Below are positions 17,290 through 25,430 of a DNA stretch of 57,964 nt, in pieces; the stretch's first letter is position 1, and each line of letters opens with the position of its first letter. The notes beneath the pieces were generated by a model. The model made no database searches. It was given only the letters and a program-made list of their open reading frames with translations, and had not been told where the DNA came from. This DNA comes from a virus: IMG/VR virus record IMGVR_UViG_3300045988_085825; one strand, written 5' to 3'. A program made the translations under genes and the position numbers.

Positions 17290-18054
17290 TTATTGGTCGA
17301 TTACTAATGCAACATAACCAATTACATTATCAATGTCAGATTCGGAGCATCTGAATCTGTTATCCCTGATGCTCACATATTCAAACTTCCCATTTCCGCA
17401 AGGACTTCTACGGGCAATAAAGACATTGTTGCCATAAATGATAATGCTGTCCTCAGCAGGACGTGGATTGCGATCATTGGCAATCAGGAGAATGTCATAT
17501 GGAGAATAATGCGGCATATAGTTGTCAACCGATGTTTTTATGCCCATGAAAATTTGCGGCTTGATATTTTGCGGAATATCAGTGATATCAAGGGATTCAA
17601 AATCGCCGGAAACATGTAACGTTCCGTCTGGATGTTCCTCCAGATTCATCACAGGGACGGTCTTTCTTCCTTGCCTGAAACCGCCTAAAGAAAGATTGTA
17701 TTGCCTGCGGACGAACCAACGGACAAAATACTGGGAATGTCCTGGCATTTGCCGAAACATGGTGATACAATCCATGTCCTCTTCTGAAATTGTGTCAAGA
17801 CCGATCAATTCATCCACTGTAACACCTATAGCCTTTGCTAAGAGTGCAGCAGTGGACAGCTTGCAATCTTTTGAGTTTTGATACAACAGATTTTTAAGCG
17901 TGTCAAATGAAATGCCAGCGGATTCAGCCAGTTCATGAATGGTAATATCTGAATGCTTTAAGCAGATGTCTAAATTATAACGCAAATTTTCTGCAAAGCT
18001 ATCGTTTTCTTTGGTAAAATATTCCGATAAGTTATACAGATTTTCCTTTTTCAT
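17290..18054 (-). CDS. CI-like repressor (XRE HTH plus S24/LexA-like C-terminal domain)
   Basis: HTH segment ITIHELAESAGISFDTLKNLLYQ. The C-terminus aligns by eye to the S24 fold, but the Ser/Lys positions appear to be replaced. Confidence 0.7.
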   Translation of the reverse strand: MKKENLYNLSEYFTKENDSFAENLRYNLDICLKHSDITIHELAESAGISFDTLKNLLYQNSKDCKLSTAALLAKAIGVTVDELIGLDTISEEDMDCITMFRQMPGHSQYFVRWFVRRQYNLSLGGFRQGRKTVPVMNLEEHPDGTLHVSGDFESLDITDIPQNIKPQIFMGIKTSVDNYMPHYSPYDILLIANDRNPRPAEDSIIIYGNNVFIARRSPCGNGKFEYVSIRDNRFRCSESDIDNVIGYVALVIDQ

Positions 18055-18164
18055 GGTGTTTCATCCTCCCTCGTTATGATGTTAAAATTAGCTTGTCTCA
18101 ATTAAGAGACATCAACTTCTGGCTGGGGGAGCACTAATCCGCAAGGTGTTCCCTCATAATATAA

Positions 18165-18193
18165 ATTTTACTTTTTTAGAAAAAATCTGTCAA
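18165..18193 (-). promoter_or_regulatory. Candidate promoter of the CI-like repressor
   Basis: On the minus strand: TTGACA (18193..18188), 17-nt spacer, TAAAAT (18170..18165). Confidence 0.5.
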
Positions 18194-18254
18194 TATTTCC
18201 AGATGCCCAATCGTTTTACATATTACTGCATAATTCGACATAATTTGATATATA

Positions 18255-18284
18255 TTGACAAAATAAGAACATATGTTCTATAAT
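18255..18284 (+). promoter_or_regulatory. Early promoter with embedded GAAC-N4-GTTC (Cheo/LexA-type) palindrome
   Basis: TTGACA 18255..18260, 18-nt spacer, TATAAT 18279..18284. The perfect palindrome AGAACATATGTTCT lies at 18266..18279. Confidence 0.6.
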
Positions 18285-18335
18285 TATATTAAGCTACTTT
18301 ACGGCACATGCGGATTTTTGATTGGAGGTTTTTTA

Positions 18336-18464
18336 GTGAATGAAAAAGAAGAGTACAGGAAACAGATCATCGAAATGATTGAGAATGTAAAAAGAAAAGA
18401 TATTCTATTATACATTTTTAATATTACAAAGGATATTATCAAGGAGGATAAAGAAAATGAGTAA
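18336..18464 (+). CDS. Small hypothetical protein (42 aa)
   Basis: Start moved to GTG 18336, 7 nt after GGAGG, because the tracked ATG 18273 lies inside the promoter spacer. Confidence 0.4.
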   Translation: MNEKEEYRKQIIEMIENVKRKDILLYIFNITKDIIKEDKENE

Positions 18465-18714
18465 AAATTTATCAAATATTGTAATAAAGTCAAACGAAGA
18501 GAAGGGATATACAGAGATTTTTGTTGACGGGCATAAATTAAAAGGGGTTCGTAGTTTTGAGCTTAAAGAAGATGTCTCTGGCGCACCAACATTAACCGTA
18601 GACCTAAATGCCATAAATTTAAGCGTGGACTGCTTGTGTTTTATGCGTCATAAAGGCTACGGTGATATGAAGATAACATTCATTGATGATGTTGGACACG
18701 AAATGGATATATAG
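18457..18714 (+). CDS. Hypothetical protein
   Basis: 85-aa ORF overlapping the previous stop. Confidence 0.5.
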   Translation: MSKNLSNIVIKSNEEKGYTEIFVDGHKLKGVRSFELKEDVSGAPTLTVDLNAINLSVDCLCFMRHKGYGDMKITFIDDVGHEMDI

Positions 18715-18719
18715 TACCA

Positions 18720-18926
18720 TTAGATATTATGTGGTGCTTTTTCCATGATAGGACATTTATTTGCCCGTTTGCATCCATAGGATTTTTGATAACAGCAGTC
18801 AAAACGTTCTTTGGAAAATATTTCTTTTGTTTCCAGAGCATTGTCACCACAATATGTTACTGAAACAGAGTAGTCTTTCTGCTGCGTAGGACAGAATCCT
18901 ACGAAATCTTTATTCATATAACTCAT
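18720..18926 (-). CDS. Cys-rich hypothetical protein
   Basis: 68 aa. Its RBS (GAGGTG) lies inside the end of the upstream XRE gene. Confidence 0.5.
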   Translation of the reverse strand: MSYMNKDFVGFCPTQQKDYSVSVTYCGDNALETKEIFSKERFDCCYQKSYGCKRANKCPIMEKAPHNI

Positions 18927-18928
18927 AT

Positions 18929-19264
18929 TTACACCTCGCTAAGCACGTCGATAGTATCAATGACGTGCTTTTTCTTTCTGCCTGATAGTCTCATATACTT
19001 TTCCAATGCGTTCAACAGTTCCTTATCGTTTCTGATGGAAATCCACAGATCAGCCTGTGCTGACAACGGTATTTCTTTCTCTTTTCCGGTTAATAAATAA
19101 TCTGTACTTACATTGAAAAACTCTGCAATATTTCTAATTCTGCTACTTGGAATATCTTTTGCTTTTGCAAGAGAACCATTGCTGTATTCTAATATTTGCT
19201 CAAGTGTAGTAATGCTGATGCCTTTTTCTTTGCATAGTGTTTTTATGCGCTCTAGTACTGTCAT
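18929..19264 (-). CDS. XRE-family HTH repressor
   Basis: HTH segment ISITTLEQILEYSNGSLAKAK...NIAEFFNVSTDYLL. Transcribed divergently from a Cro-like gene. Confidence 0.8.
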   Translation of the reverse strand: MTVLERIKTLCKEKGISITTLEQILEYSNGSLAKAKDIPSSRIRNIAEFFNVSTDYLLTGKEKEIPLSAQADLWISIRNDKELLNALEKYMRLSGRKKKHVIDTIDVLSEV

Positions 19265-19283
19265 ACAATCACCTCTTAAAAAC

Positions 19284-19453
19284 TAGAAGAAAATCTATAA
19301 AAATGCTTGACAAACTAGAACATAACCTATATACTAGCCTTATCAACTAGAAAATGTTCTACAAAAGACATAGTAAATAGAAAATGTTCTTATCATGTGT
19401 GGTAGCTTAATTATAGAATATATTCTAATAAAATGTCAATAGAACATTATCTA
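19284..19453. promoter_or_regulatory. Operator array (six TAGAA-N4-TTCTA-like sites) with a rightward promoter
   Basis: Sites at 19284, 19316, 19348, 19378, 19414 and 19440. Those at 19348 and 19414 have perfect arms. TTGACA 19307..19312, 17-nt spacer, TATACT 19330..19335. Confidence 0.6.
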
Positions 19454-19477
19454 AATAAAAAGAAAGGAGGATGTTTG

Positions 19478-19666
19478 ATGATTTACAGAAAGATTATTAA
19501 ATACTGCGAAGAGAACAATATCTCGATTGCTGCGCTTGAGAAAAAGTGCAATATCGGTAACGGAACTATTGGAAAGTGGGAAAAAGGAGGAAAACCTTCA
19601 CTTGACACTCTGGAAAAAATCTCAAAGGTAACGGGAATCACGGTATCAGAGCTTGTAAGCAATTGA
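19478..19666 (+). CDS. Cro-like XRE HTH protein
   Basis: Start at ATG 19478, 7 nt after AAAGGAGG. HTH segment ISIAALEKKCNIGNGTIGKWEKG. Confidence 0.75.
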   Translation: MIYRKIIKYCEENNISIAALEKKCNIGNGTIGKWEKGGKPSLDTLEKISKVTGITVSELVSN

Positions 19667-19676
19667 AAGGAGAAAA

Positions 19677-19859
19677 ATGAAAGAATCATATGGATATGAA
19701 GTTGATGGAAATAGCATGACTTTGTCCGACAGTGTAGAGTGCATAGCACTTATGATTGCAGAAGAGTGCTATAGCGGTGAGAAGAGAATCGAAGAAATTC
19801 AGCAAAGATGCAAAATCCTTGATTCTCTTTCAACGGCACTACTGGCAGTTAAAAAATAG
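19677..19859 (+). CDS. Hypothetical protein
   Basis: 60-aa ORF with a GGAG-type RBS. Confidence 0.4.
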   Translation: MKESYGYEVDGNSMTLSDSVECIALMIAEECYSGEKRIEEIQQRCKILDSLSTALLAVKK

Positions 19860-20043
19860 TATTTTTACTGCGCATTGGGTTGGTAGCTGCTTCGCATCTT
19901 GCTGGTTCTGGTTTTTCTTCCGGTAAAGACTTGATGATTTCGGAATAGTATTGGTCGTACAGGCTCTTGAAATCATCGAATGTTCCGGCATATCCGCAGA
20001 TTTTAGCAATGGCATAAGCAGATACGTAATCTTTGGCATCCAT
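19849..20043 (-). CDS. Hypothetical protein
   Basis: 64 aa with a strong minus-strand RBS (AAGGAGG). Confidence 0.5.
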   Translation of the reverse strand: MDAKDYVSAYAIAKICGYAGTFDDFKSLYDQYYSEIIKSLPEEKPEPARCEAATNPMRSKNTIF

Positions 20044-20101
20044 GAATTTTACCTCCTTAATTGTTTTAAGGAGATTATATCACAGGAAGGAAGTGAATTG
20101 A

Positions 20102-20245
20102 ATGAGTGAAAGAGAAAAGCAGGTAGTTGAGAAGCTGAAAGATGAAATTCCGAAGATGTCAGATTTTGACAAGGGTTATATTCTTGGGAAAGTTGAGAGC
20201 ATGGCAGAACAGAAGGAGAAAGATAAGCTCGACAAGAAAGAGTAG
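20102..20245 (+). CDS. Small hypothetical protein (47 aa, not in ORF track)
   Basis: ATG 20102 after GGAAGGAAG. Lys/Glu-rich. Confidence 0.4.
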   Translation: MSEREKQVVEKLKDEIPKMSDFDKGYILGKVESMAEQKEKDKLDKKE

Positions 20246-20253
20246 GTGGTCAG

Positions 20254-20448
20254 ATGCGTAATGCACCATGTCTGAACTGCGAACGGAGAGGATGCGGAAG
20301 CTACCATGATGAGTGTGAGAAGTACAAGGCATTTGTTGAAGAACAGAATATTTTGAAAAACAAAAGGCTGGAAGCAAACACTAAAGTAGTTCCACCGAGA
20401 CCGTATCGCAGCCATAAGGTAACACCGATTAAGTGCCATAAGAGATGA
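20254..20448 (+). CDS. Small Cys-rich protein
   Basis: 64 aa, with CLNCERRGCGSYHDEC. Confidence 0.45.
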   Translation: MRNAPCLNCERRGCGSYHDECEKYKAFVEEQNILKNKRLEANTKVVPPRPYRSHKVTPIKCHKR

Positions 20449-20463
20449 AGAAAGGAGAAGTGA

Positions 20464-20709
20464 ATGGCAAATCATATGGAAGAAATCCAGAAGAGCTATT
20501 TTGAAAATCTTTCAAAAGATTTATGCAGTACCTGTGAAGGGTCACAGTTCATGGCAAAATACATGACTTCGAGAAGTGCTATCTCTGATTTGGAGAAAAA
20601 GGTACTGGAAGTAATCAAAGATAGCGACATCTCAACAGCAGAAGCCATCGGCTTCATGGAGTACATGAAACATGTAATTACCAAATGTTCATGTCCTCGA
20701 AAGAAATAA
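20464..20709 (+). CDS. Hypothetical protein
   Basis: 81 aa, AAAGGAG RBS. Confidence 0.5.
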   Translation: MANHMEEIQKSYFENLSKDLCSTCEGSQFMAKYMTSRSAISDLEKKVLEVIKDSDISTAEAIGFMEYMKHVITKCSCPRKK

Positions 20710-20899
20710 AGATTTCGTCCCCGTTGTTGTCTTTTTCAGAATCAGGTATTTGAGAAGCGGTTTTCATCAAATCAACAACCTTGTCAGAGAAAGACGGGAT
20801 TTTCCCACAGTTAGGACACGAAATCTTATCCAAGGACAGTGTGTTGCTAATTGTGTAGGAACAGTAGCAGGAACATTTGATTTTTAGACCTAAAGTCAT
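20678..20899 (-). CDS. Zinc-ribbon hypothetical protein
   Basis: 73 aa, with CSCYC...CPNCG and an AAGGAGG RBS on the minus strand. Confidence 0.5.
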   Translation of the reverse strand: MTLGLKIKCSCYCSYTISNTLSLDKISCPNCGKIPSFSDKVVDLMKTASQIPDSEKDNNGDEIFISFEDMNIW

Positions 20900-20952
20900 A
20901 TGATGTGACCTCCTTATAAAAGATAAGGAAATTATACCATGAAAGAAGGTGA

Positions 20953-21708
20953 ATGGAAATGAATGAATTGGAGCAGAAAACGCTTACTTCAATGGAAGTG
21001 GCTGAGATGACAGGAAAGTTACATAAAAATCTTTTGGCAGATATCAGAGGATATGAGGAAGAACTTAACGAGCTGAACATTCAGCCGGTAGAATTTTTTA
21101 TGAAAAGCACTTACAAAGATGCAAAAGGGCAAACACGCCCATGCTACAACGTCACCAAGAAAGGATGCGAGTTTATCGCTCATAAGTTGACCGGCATTAA
21201 AGGAACGGAGTTTACGGCGAAATACATAAACAGATTCCATGAGATGGAAGAAGTTATAAGAACACAGATTCCGACCGGGAAAGAACTGCTGGCATTGGCA
21301 GTGATAGAAGCTCAGAAAACTATTGACAGTTTGAAGGAGCATAACACAAAGCTGATAGAGGACTGTGAGCGGATGAAACCGAAAGAGATATTTGCTGATG
21401 CGGTGTCTGCCAGTAAGACATCCATACTGATCGGAGACCTTGCAAAACTGATCTGTCAGAATGGTTGCCAGATCGGGCAGAAGAGGTTATTCGAGTGGAT
21501 GAGAGCTAACGGGTATCTGATCCTGAGGAAAGGGTCTGATTACAATATGCCGACTCAGAGGAGCATGGAGATGGGTCTTTTCGAGATTAAGGAAAGCACA
21601 CATCTCAATGGAGATGGACTGAACGTGATAAGCAAAACTCCAAAAGTTACAGGAAAAGGTCAGCAGTATTTTATCAACAAATTTATGAAACAGGCGGAGG
21701 CGGTATGA
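20953..21708 (+). CDS. Antirepressor (Rha-like N-terminus, KilAC/ANT-like C-terminus)
   Basis: N-terminal TSMEVAEMTGKLHKNLLADIR...YNVTKKGCEFIAHKLTG. The C-terminal IFADAVSASKTSILIGDLAKLI...QKRLFEWMRANGYL is typical of the KilAC domain. Confidence 0.8.
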   Translation: MEMNELEQKTLTSMEVAEMTGKLHKNLLADIRGYEEELNELNIQPVEFFMKSTYKDAKGQTRPCYNVTKKGCEFIAHKLTGIKGTEFTAKYINRFHEMEEVIRTQIPTGKELLALAVIEAQKTIDSLKEHNTKLIEDCERMKPKEIFADAVSASKTSILIGDLAKLICQNGCQIGQKRLFEWMRANGYLILRKGSDYNMPTQRSMEMGLFEIKESTHLNGDGLNVISKTPKVTGKGQQYFINKFMKQAEAV

Positions 21709-22181
21709 AAAGGATGATAACAGCGGTAATAATCGTAATATTGTTGTTTGCCGGTTTTGCTCTGATTGCGAATGCCGGGAGTGATCATCAGGGTGATTGG
21801 AAGGAGTATATCGAAAGACTCTGCGAGGACAAAGACATTTTGCCTGAGCTGGTGGAGGCAATGATTGAAAAGGAATCCAGCTGGAATCCGGCGGCGGTAA
21901 ACGGTAACTGTGTAGGACTCATGCAGGTGAATAAAGAGATCCACAAAGAGTTGATAGGCGACCTTGATATGACAGATCCATACGACAACATTTACGTGGG
22001 AGTAACGATTCTGGAAGAACTGCTTCACAAATATGGTGAAGCGGCACCGGCATTGATGTTCTACAACGCAGGATATTCCGATAATTACGGAGTCGGAGCG
22101 TATGAGGATGAAAAGCTTAGCAACTATGCTGATGAGATTTTGAAGCGTGCAGAGGAACTGGAAAGGATGCACGGGAAATAG
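21705..22181 (+). CDS. Signal-anchored lytic transglycosylase (SLT domain)
   Basis: TM segment ITAVIIVILLFAGFALI, then the motifs EKESSWNP, GLMQV and FYNAGY. Confidence 0.8.
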   Translation: MKRMITAVIIVILLFAGFALIANAGSDHQGDWKEYIERLCEDKDILPELVEAMIEKESSWNPAAVNGNCVGLMQVNKEIHKELIGDLDMTDPYDNIYVGVTILEELLHKYGEAAPALMFYNAGYSDNYGVGAYEDEKLSNYADEILKRAEELERMHGK

Positions 22182-22191
22182 GAGGTAGGAC

Positions 22192-22362
22192 ATGTCAAAG
22201 AACAGATTGTTTTTGTTTGAGCTTGAAATGGAAGGAGTAAAAGGACCATACAGAATTGAATCTGGAGTCAGATCAATGACTCTGAATGGTGCGGTACGAA
22301 AACTGTACCAGACAATGCCGAAAAATTTTAGAGGCATCAAGAAAATTTTACAGGAGGTATAG
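22192..22362 (+). CDS. Small hypothetical protein (56 aa, not in ORF track)
   Basis: ATG 22192 after GGAGGTAGG. Confidence 0.4.
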   Translation: MSKNRLFLFELEMEGVKGPYRIESGVRSMTLNGAVRKLYQTMPKNFRGIKKILQEV

Positions 22363-22365
22363 ACC

Positions 22366-22476
22366 ATGACAATTTATATTCCGGAATTTTGGGTAGGCTT
22401 TATGGCCTGCATTATTGCAGAAATTACAGCAATCGTGGCATATACCTGGTATGTTTCGCGGAGAAAGAAAAGATGA
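22366..22476 (+). CDS. Small membrane peptide (36 aa, not in ORF track)
   Basis: ATG 22366 after CAGGAGG. It has a single hydrophobic helix and an ATGA overlap with the next gene. Confidence 0.35.
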   Translation: MTIYIPEFWVGFMACIIAEITAIVAYTWYVSRRKKR

Positions 22477-22655
22477 AGCAGCCGAAACGCCTCACAAGAG
22501 AGCAAAAAGAAGCTGTGGCAGCGTCCAGGTTGAATCCAAATAATTGGATGCTGGCAGGAGAAACAGAATTTTACTTAAAGGTGATCCATAAAGAGAGCGG
22601 AATTATTCGATCCGTGGATAAATTCAGAAGATTGGAAAGAAGGAGAACAAGATGA
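22473..22655 (+). CDS. Hypothetical protein (DUF6906-like, recall)
   Basis: Internal start at MKQPKRLTREQKEAVAASRLNPNNW. Confidence 0.5.
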   Translation: MKQPKRLTREQKEAVAASRLNPNNWMLAGETEFYLKVIHKESGIIRSVDKFRRLERRRTR

Positions 22656-22759
22656 AAAAGGAAATGACAGTGCAGGAATGCGTAGAAAGATTTGAAAAGA
22701 GCGGAAAAACCGTTGAAATCAATGACGGGAAGGTTGAGTATGCGGAGGACGAAAAATGA
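22652..22759 (+). CDS. Small hypothetical protein (35 aa, not in ORF track)
   Basis: ATGA overlaps at both ends. AGGAG RBS. Confidence 0.35.
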   Translation: MKKEMTVQECVERFEKSGKTVEINDGKVEYAEDEK

Positions 22760-23019
22760 AGGAAGTCGAGCTTAGAGAAGACGAATATGTCTGCATCAGA
22801 AAAGACACATACGACAGACTTCTTGACATCGAAACAAGAGTTGATGTTCTTGTTGATTTACTGGCAGCAGATAAGCATGTCGATGTAGAGCTGGAATTGA
22901 GGATTCTTGGAACAGAATTAGCAATCACAACAGCAAATGAGATAAAAGCTGAAAGGGAGAGGGAATATGAAGCTTATAAAAATGGTTCTTCGCAACTTCA
23001 TGGCGTATCTGGAAGCTGA
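22756..23019 (+). CDS. Hypothetical protein
   Basis: 87-aa acidic ORF. Confidence 0.45.
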   Translation: MKEVELREDEYVCIRKDTYDRLLDIETRVDVLVDLLAADKHVDVELELRILGTELAITTANEIKAEREREYEAYKNGSSQLHGVSGS

Positions 23020-24895
23020 AATTGATTTTTCAGATATTACTAAAATTTCTGGAAGGAACGGAGCTGGAAAGTCCAGTATTGCAAGCGCATACACATGGGT
23101 GCTTTTTGACTGCGACTACAATTTGAAAAGCAGTCCGGCAGTCCGTAGGGAAGTTGACGGGGAACCGGTAATGGATTCTGATGTAGAAGTAACACTGGTT
23201 TTTGGTATGGATGGGAAAGAAATTTCCATGCGAAAGGTACAGCACCGGACGATCAGCAAGGACGGAGCATCTTACAAAGATGATAATAAATATTTTATCA
23301 ATGATGTTCCAAAGAAAAAAGCTGAATTTGAATCATATCTTGGAATTGATATGGGACTTTTGAAAAGCTGCTCGAATCCGGAAGCTTTTTTAGTAAAAAA
23401 AGCAGATGAAATGAGAGCATATTTGTTTTCTCTATCAAAAGAATTTTCGGATTTGTATGTTTGCCGGGAGAACGAAAGCCTACATGGACTGGCAGAAAAG
23501 CTGAAAGATTATTCAGTTGAGGAATTATCTGCCATGAATAAGAAAAAGAAATCGGATATTGAGAAAGAGCTTCCGGTTCTGGACGGACAGATTAAGGAAA
23601 AAGAACGAGACATCAAGTTGAAATCCGACATTGATGTATCTGATCTGGAATTGCAGAGAAATACATTGAAAGAACAGATTGCAGAGAATCTGAAAAAACA
23701 GGCTGATAGTCAAAACATTTTGAAAGATTATGAATCTGCGACTGCCGGAATTATGGAGCTGAAATTCAAACTGTCAGATATGCAGAATCAGGCGAATAAT
23801 GCTCTTTCTGAAAAAGTCAGGGAAATCAGGAGCGAGATTTCAGAAAAAGAAAGAGACAAGAGAAACATGGAAATCAAATCCGATGATTGCAGCAGAAATG
23901 TTAGGCTTTTGACGGCTTCCGTTAAAAAGCTGTCTGAGGAAAAACAAAATCTTGCAAATCTGTGGAAGCAAGAGAAAACCAGAGTTTTTGATGAAAGTAG
24001 CACCGTATGCGTGTACTGCGGGCAGGAATATCCAGAGGACAAGAAAGAACAGCTCCGGTCAGAGTTCGCTGTCAGAAAAGAAGCTGAGTTAAAGCGGATT
24101 ACTGATAAAGGAATGTCGCTGAAAAAGACGATTGAAGAAGATGAACAGGAAGTCGAGAAACTGAATGATTATTTGAAAGAGGCAACTGAAGATATAAGAA
24201 ATATTGAAGAAGAGATTCGGTTTCTCAGAGAAAAAGAAGCAAAAATTCCGGTTGCTGCGGATATTTCAGGTAATGAAGAATATAAGAAAATCCAGAACCA
24301 GATTACTGAAAAGGAAAAGTACCTGGAACAGTTTGGAAACGCTTCTGATCTGAAAGAACAGCTCAGACAAGAAGAATCGAATCTGAACGAGCAGCTGAGA
24401 ACCTGCGAACAGAAAATTGCACAGTCGGATACTTCAGCAGAAGAAGAACGACTGGAAGAACTGAAAGCAAGAAAGCTTGACTTGGGGCAGAAAAAGACGG
24501 ATGCAGAGCATATACTTGACCTTCTGGCAGAACTGGAAAAGAAGAAAAATGAGCTGCTTTCCGATGAAATCAACAGCCATTTTGGACTGGTTAAGTGGAA
24601 GTTGTTCGAGAATGCAAAGAACGGAAATTATAAATCTGCATGCATTCCACAGGTTGATGGAAAGTCCATTCTGACCACCATAAGCAATAAGGGAAACCGG
24701 ATTCTCGGAAAACTGGATATTTGCCGGAGCATCCAGAAAATCGAAGTAATTTCAGTGCCGATCTGGTTGGATGATTGTGAGTCGTTGGACTCTGAAAACC
24801 AGAAGAAGGTTATTGATATGGTGGACGGACAGCTGATTATGCTGATCGTAAATGATGGAAAAGAATTAAAAGTGGATGGGGAGCACTATGAATGA
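22967..24895 (+). CDS. SMC/Rad50/SbcC-like ATPase with central CxxC hook
   Basis: Walker A GRNGAGKSS, a long coiled coil, the mid-coil VCVYCGQEYPE, and the C-terminal IWLDDCESLD. Confidence 0.8.
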   Translation: MKLIKMVLRNFMAYLEAEIDFSDITKISGRNGAGKSSIASAYTWVLFDCDYNLKSSPAVRREVDGEPVMDSDVEVTLVFGMDGKEISMRKVQHRTISKDGASYKDDNKYFINDVPKKKAEFESYLGIDMGLLKSCSNPEAFLVKKADEMRAYLFSLSKEFSDLYVCRENESLHGLAEKLKDYSVEELSAMNKKKKSDIEKELPVLDGQIKEKERDIKLKSDIDVSDLELQRNTLKEQIAENLKKQADSQNILKDYESATAGIMELKFKLSDMQNQANNALSEKVREIRSEISEKERDKRNMEIKSDDCSRNVRLLTASVKKLSEEKQNLANLWKQEKTRVFDESSTVCVYCGQEYPEDKKEQLRSEFAVRKEAELKRITDKGMSLKKTIEEDEQEVEKLNDYLKEATEDIRNIEEEIRFLREKEAKIPVAADISGNEEYKKIQNQITEKEKYLEQFGNASDLKEQLRQEESNLNEQLRTCEQKIAQSDTSAEEERLEELKARKLDLGQKKTDAEHILDLLAELEKKKNELLSDEINSHFGLVKWKLFENAKNGNYKSACIPQVDGKSILTTISNKGNRILGKLDICRSIQKIEVISVPIWLDDCESLDSENQKKVIDMVDGQLIMLIVNDGKELKVDGEHYE

Positions 24896-25428
24896 CAGAT
24901 ATTTTGTAGAACGACAATTCAAGCATATGGGATATGAATGTGTTGTTACATTCGGAGTGTTAGGGCATAGATGCGGATATGTTGGTATTCCTAAAACGCA
25001 CTCTTTATATGGAAAAACATTGTTCTGATTACTTGGAAATCAAAAAGAAAGATTTAGTAGATAGAGAGATAAGCGGAATTTTTCCTTTACTGTGTGCTTG
25101 TTTCGATGAAGATGAAAGACTAAAAATTGAAGCATATTTCCAATGTCACGGCGGTATTACCTTTGCAGGCGGCGGTAAAAACTCAAGCTATCCGATTGAA
25201 AGTGATTTATGGTGGTTTGGCTTTGACTGTGGACATTGTGACGATGGGAAAGAATTGGAACTTGCCTATGAAAGATTTCCTAATTATAGAAAAAGTCTTT
25301 CTATGCAAATTGAGATTGAAAGTAAATTTCATATTGATGGTTTAATTGTTCGCACAGAAGAATATGTGGCAGAAGAGTGTAAGAAATTAGCGGAGCAGTT
25401 AAAAGCGTTTGAAGAAAGTGAGGAGTAA
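24888..25428 (+). pseudogene. Conserved phage gene split by a frame change at an A5 run
   Basis: A 46-codon ORF starts at ATG 24888, which overlaps the upstream stop by 8 nt. It ends at 25028, and the rest continues in the +1 frame from the A5 run at 25013..25017 (CHGGITFAGG...WWFGFDCGHCDDG). Confidence 0.55.
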
Positions 25429-25430
25429 AA

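Noticed and set aside
21660-22367. 235-aa minus-strand ORF
   Set aside because: It is antisense to the SLT gene and two RBS-supported small plus-strand genes. There is no RBS, and it breaks the operon logic.
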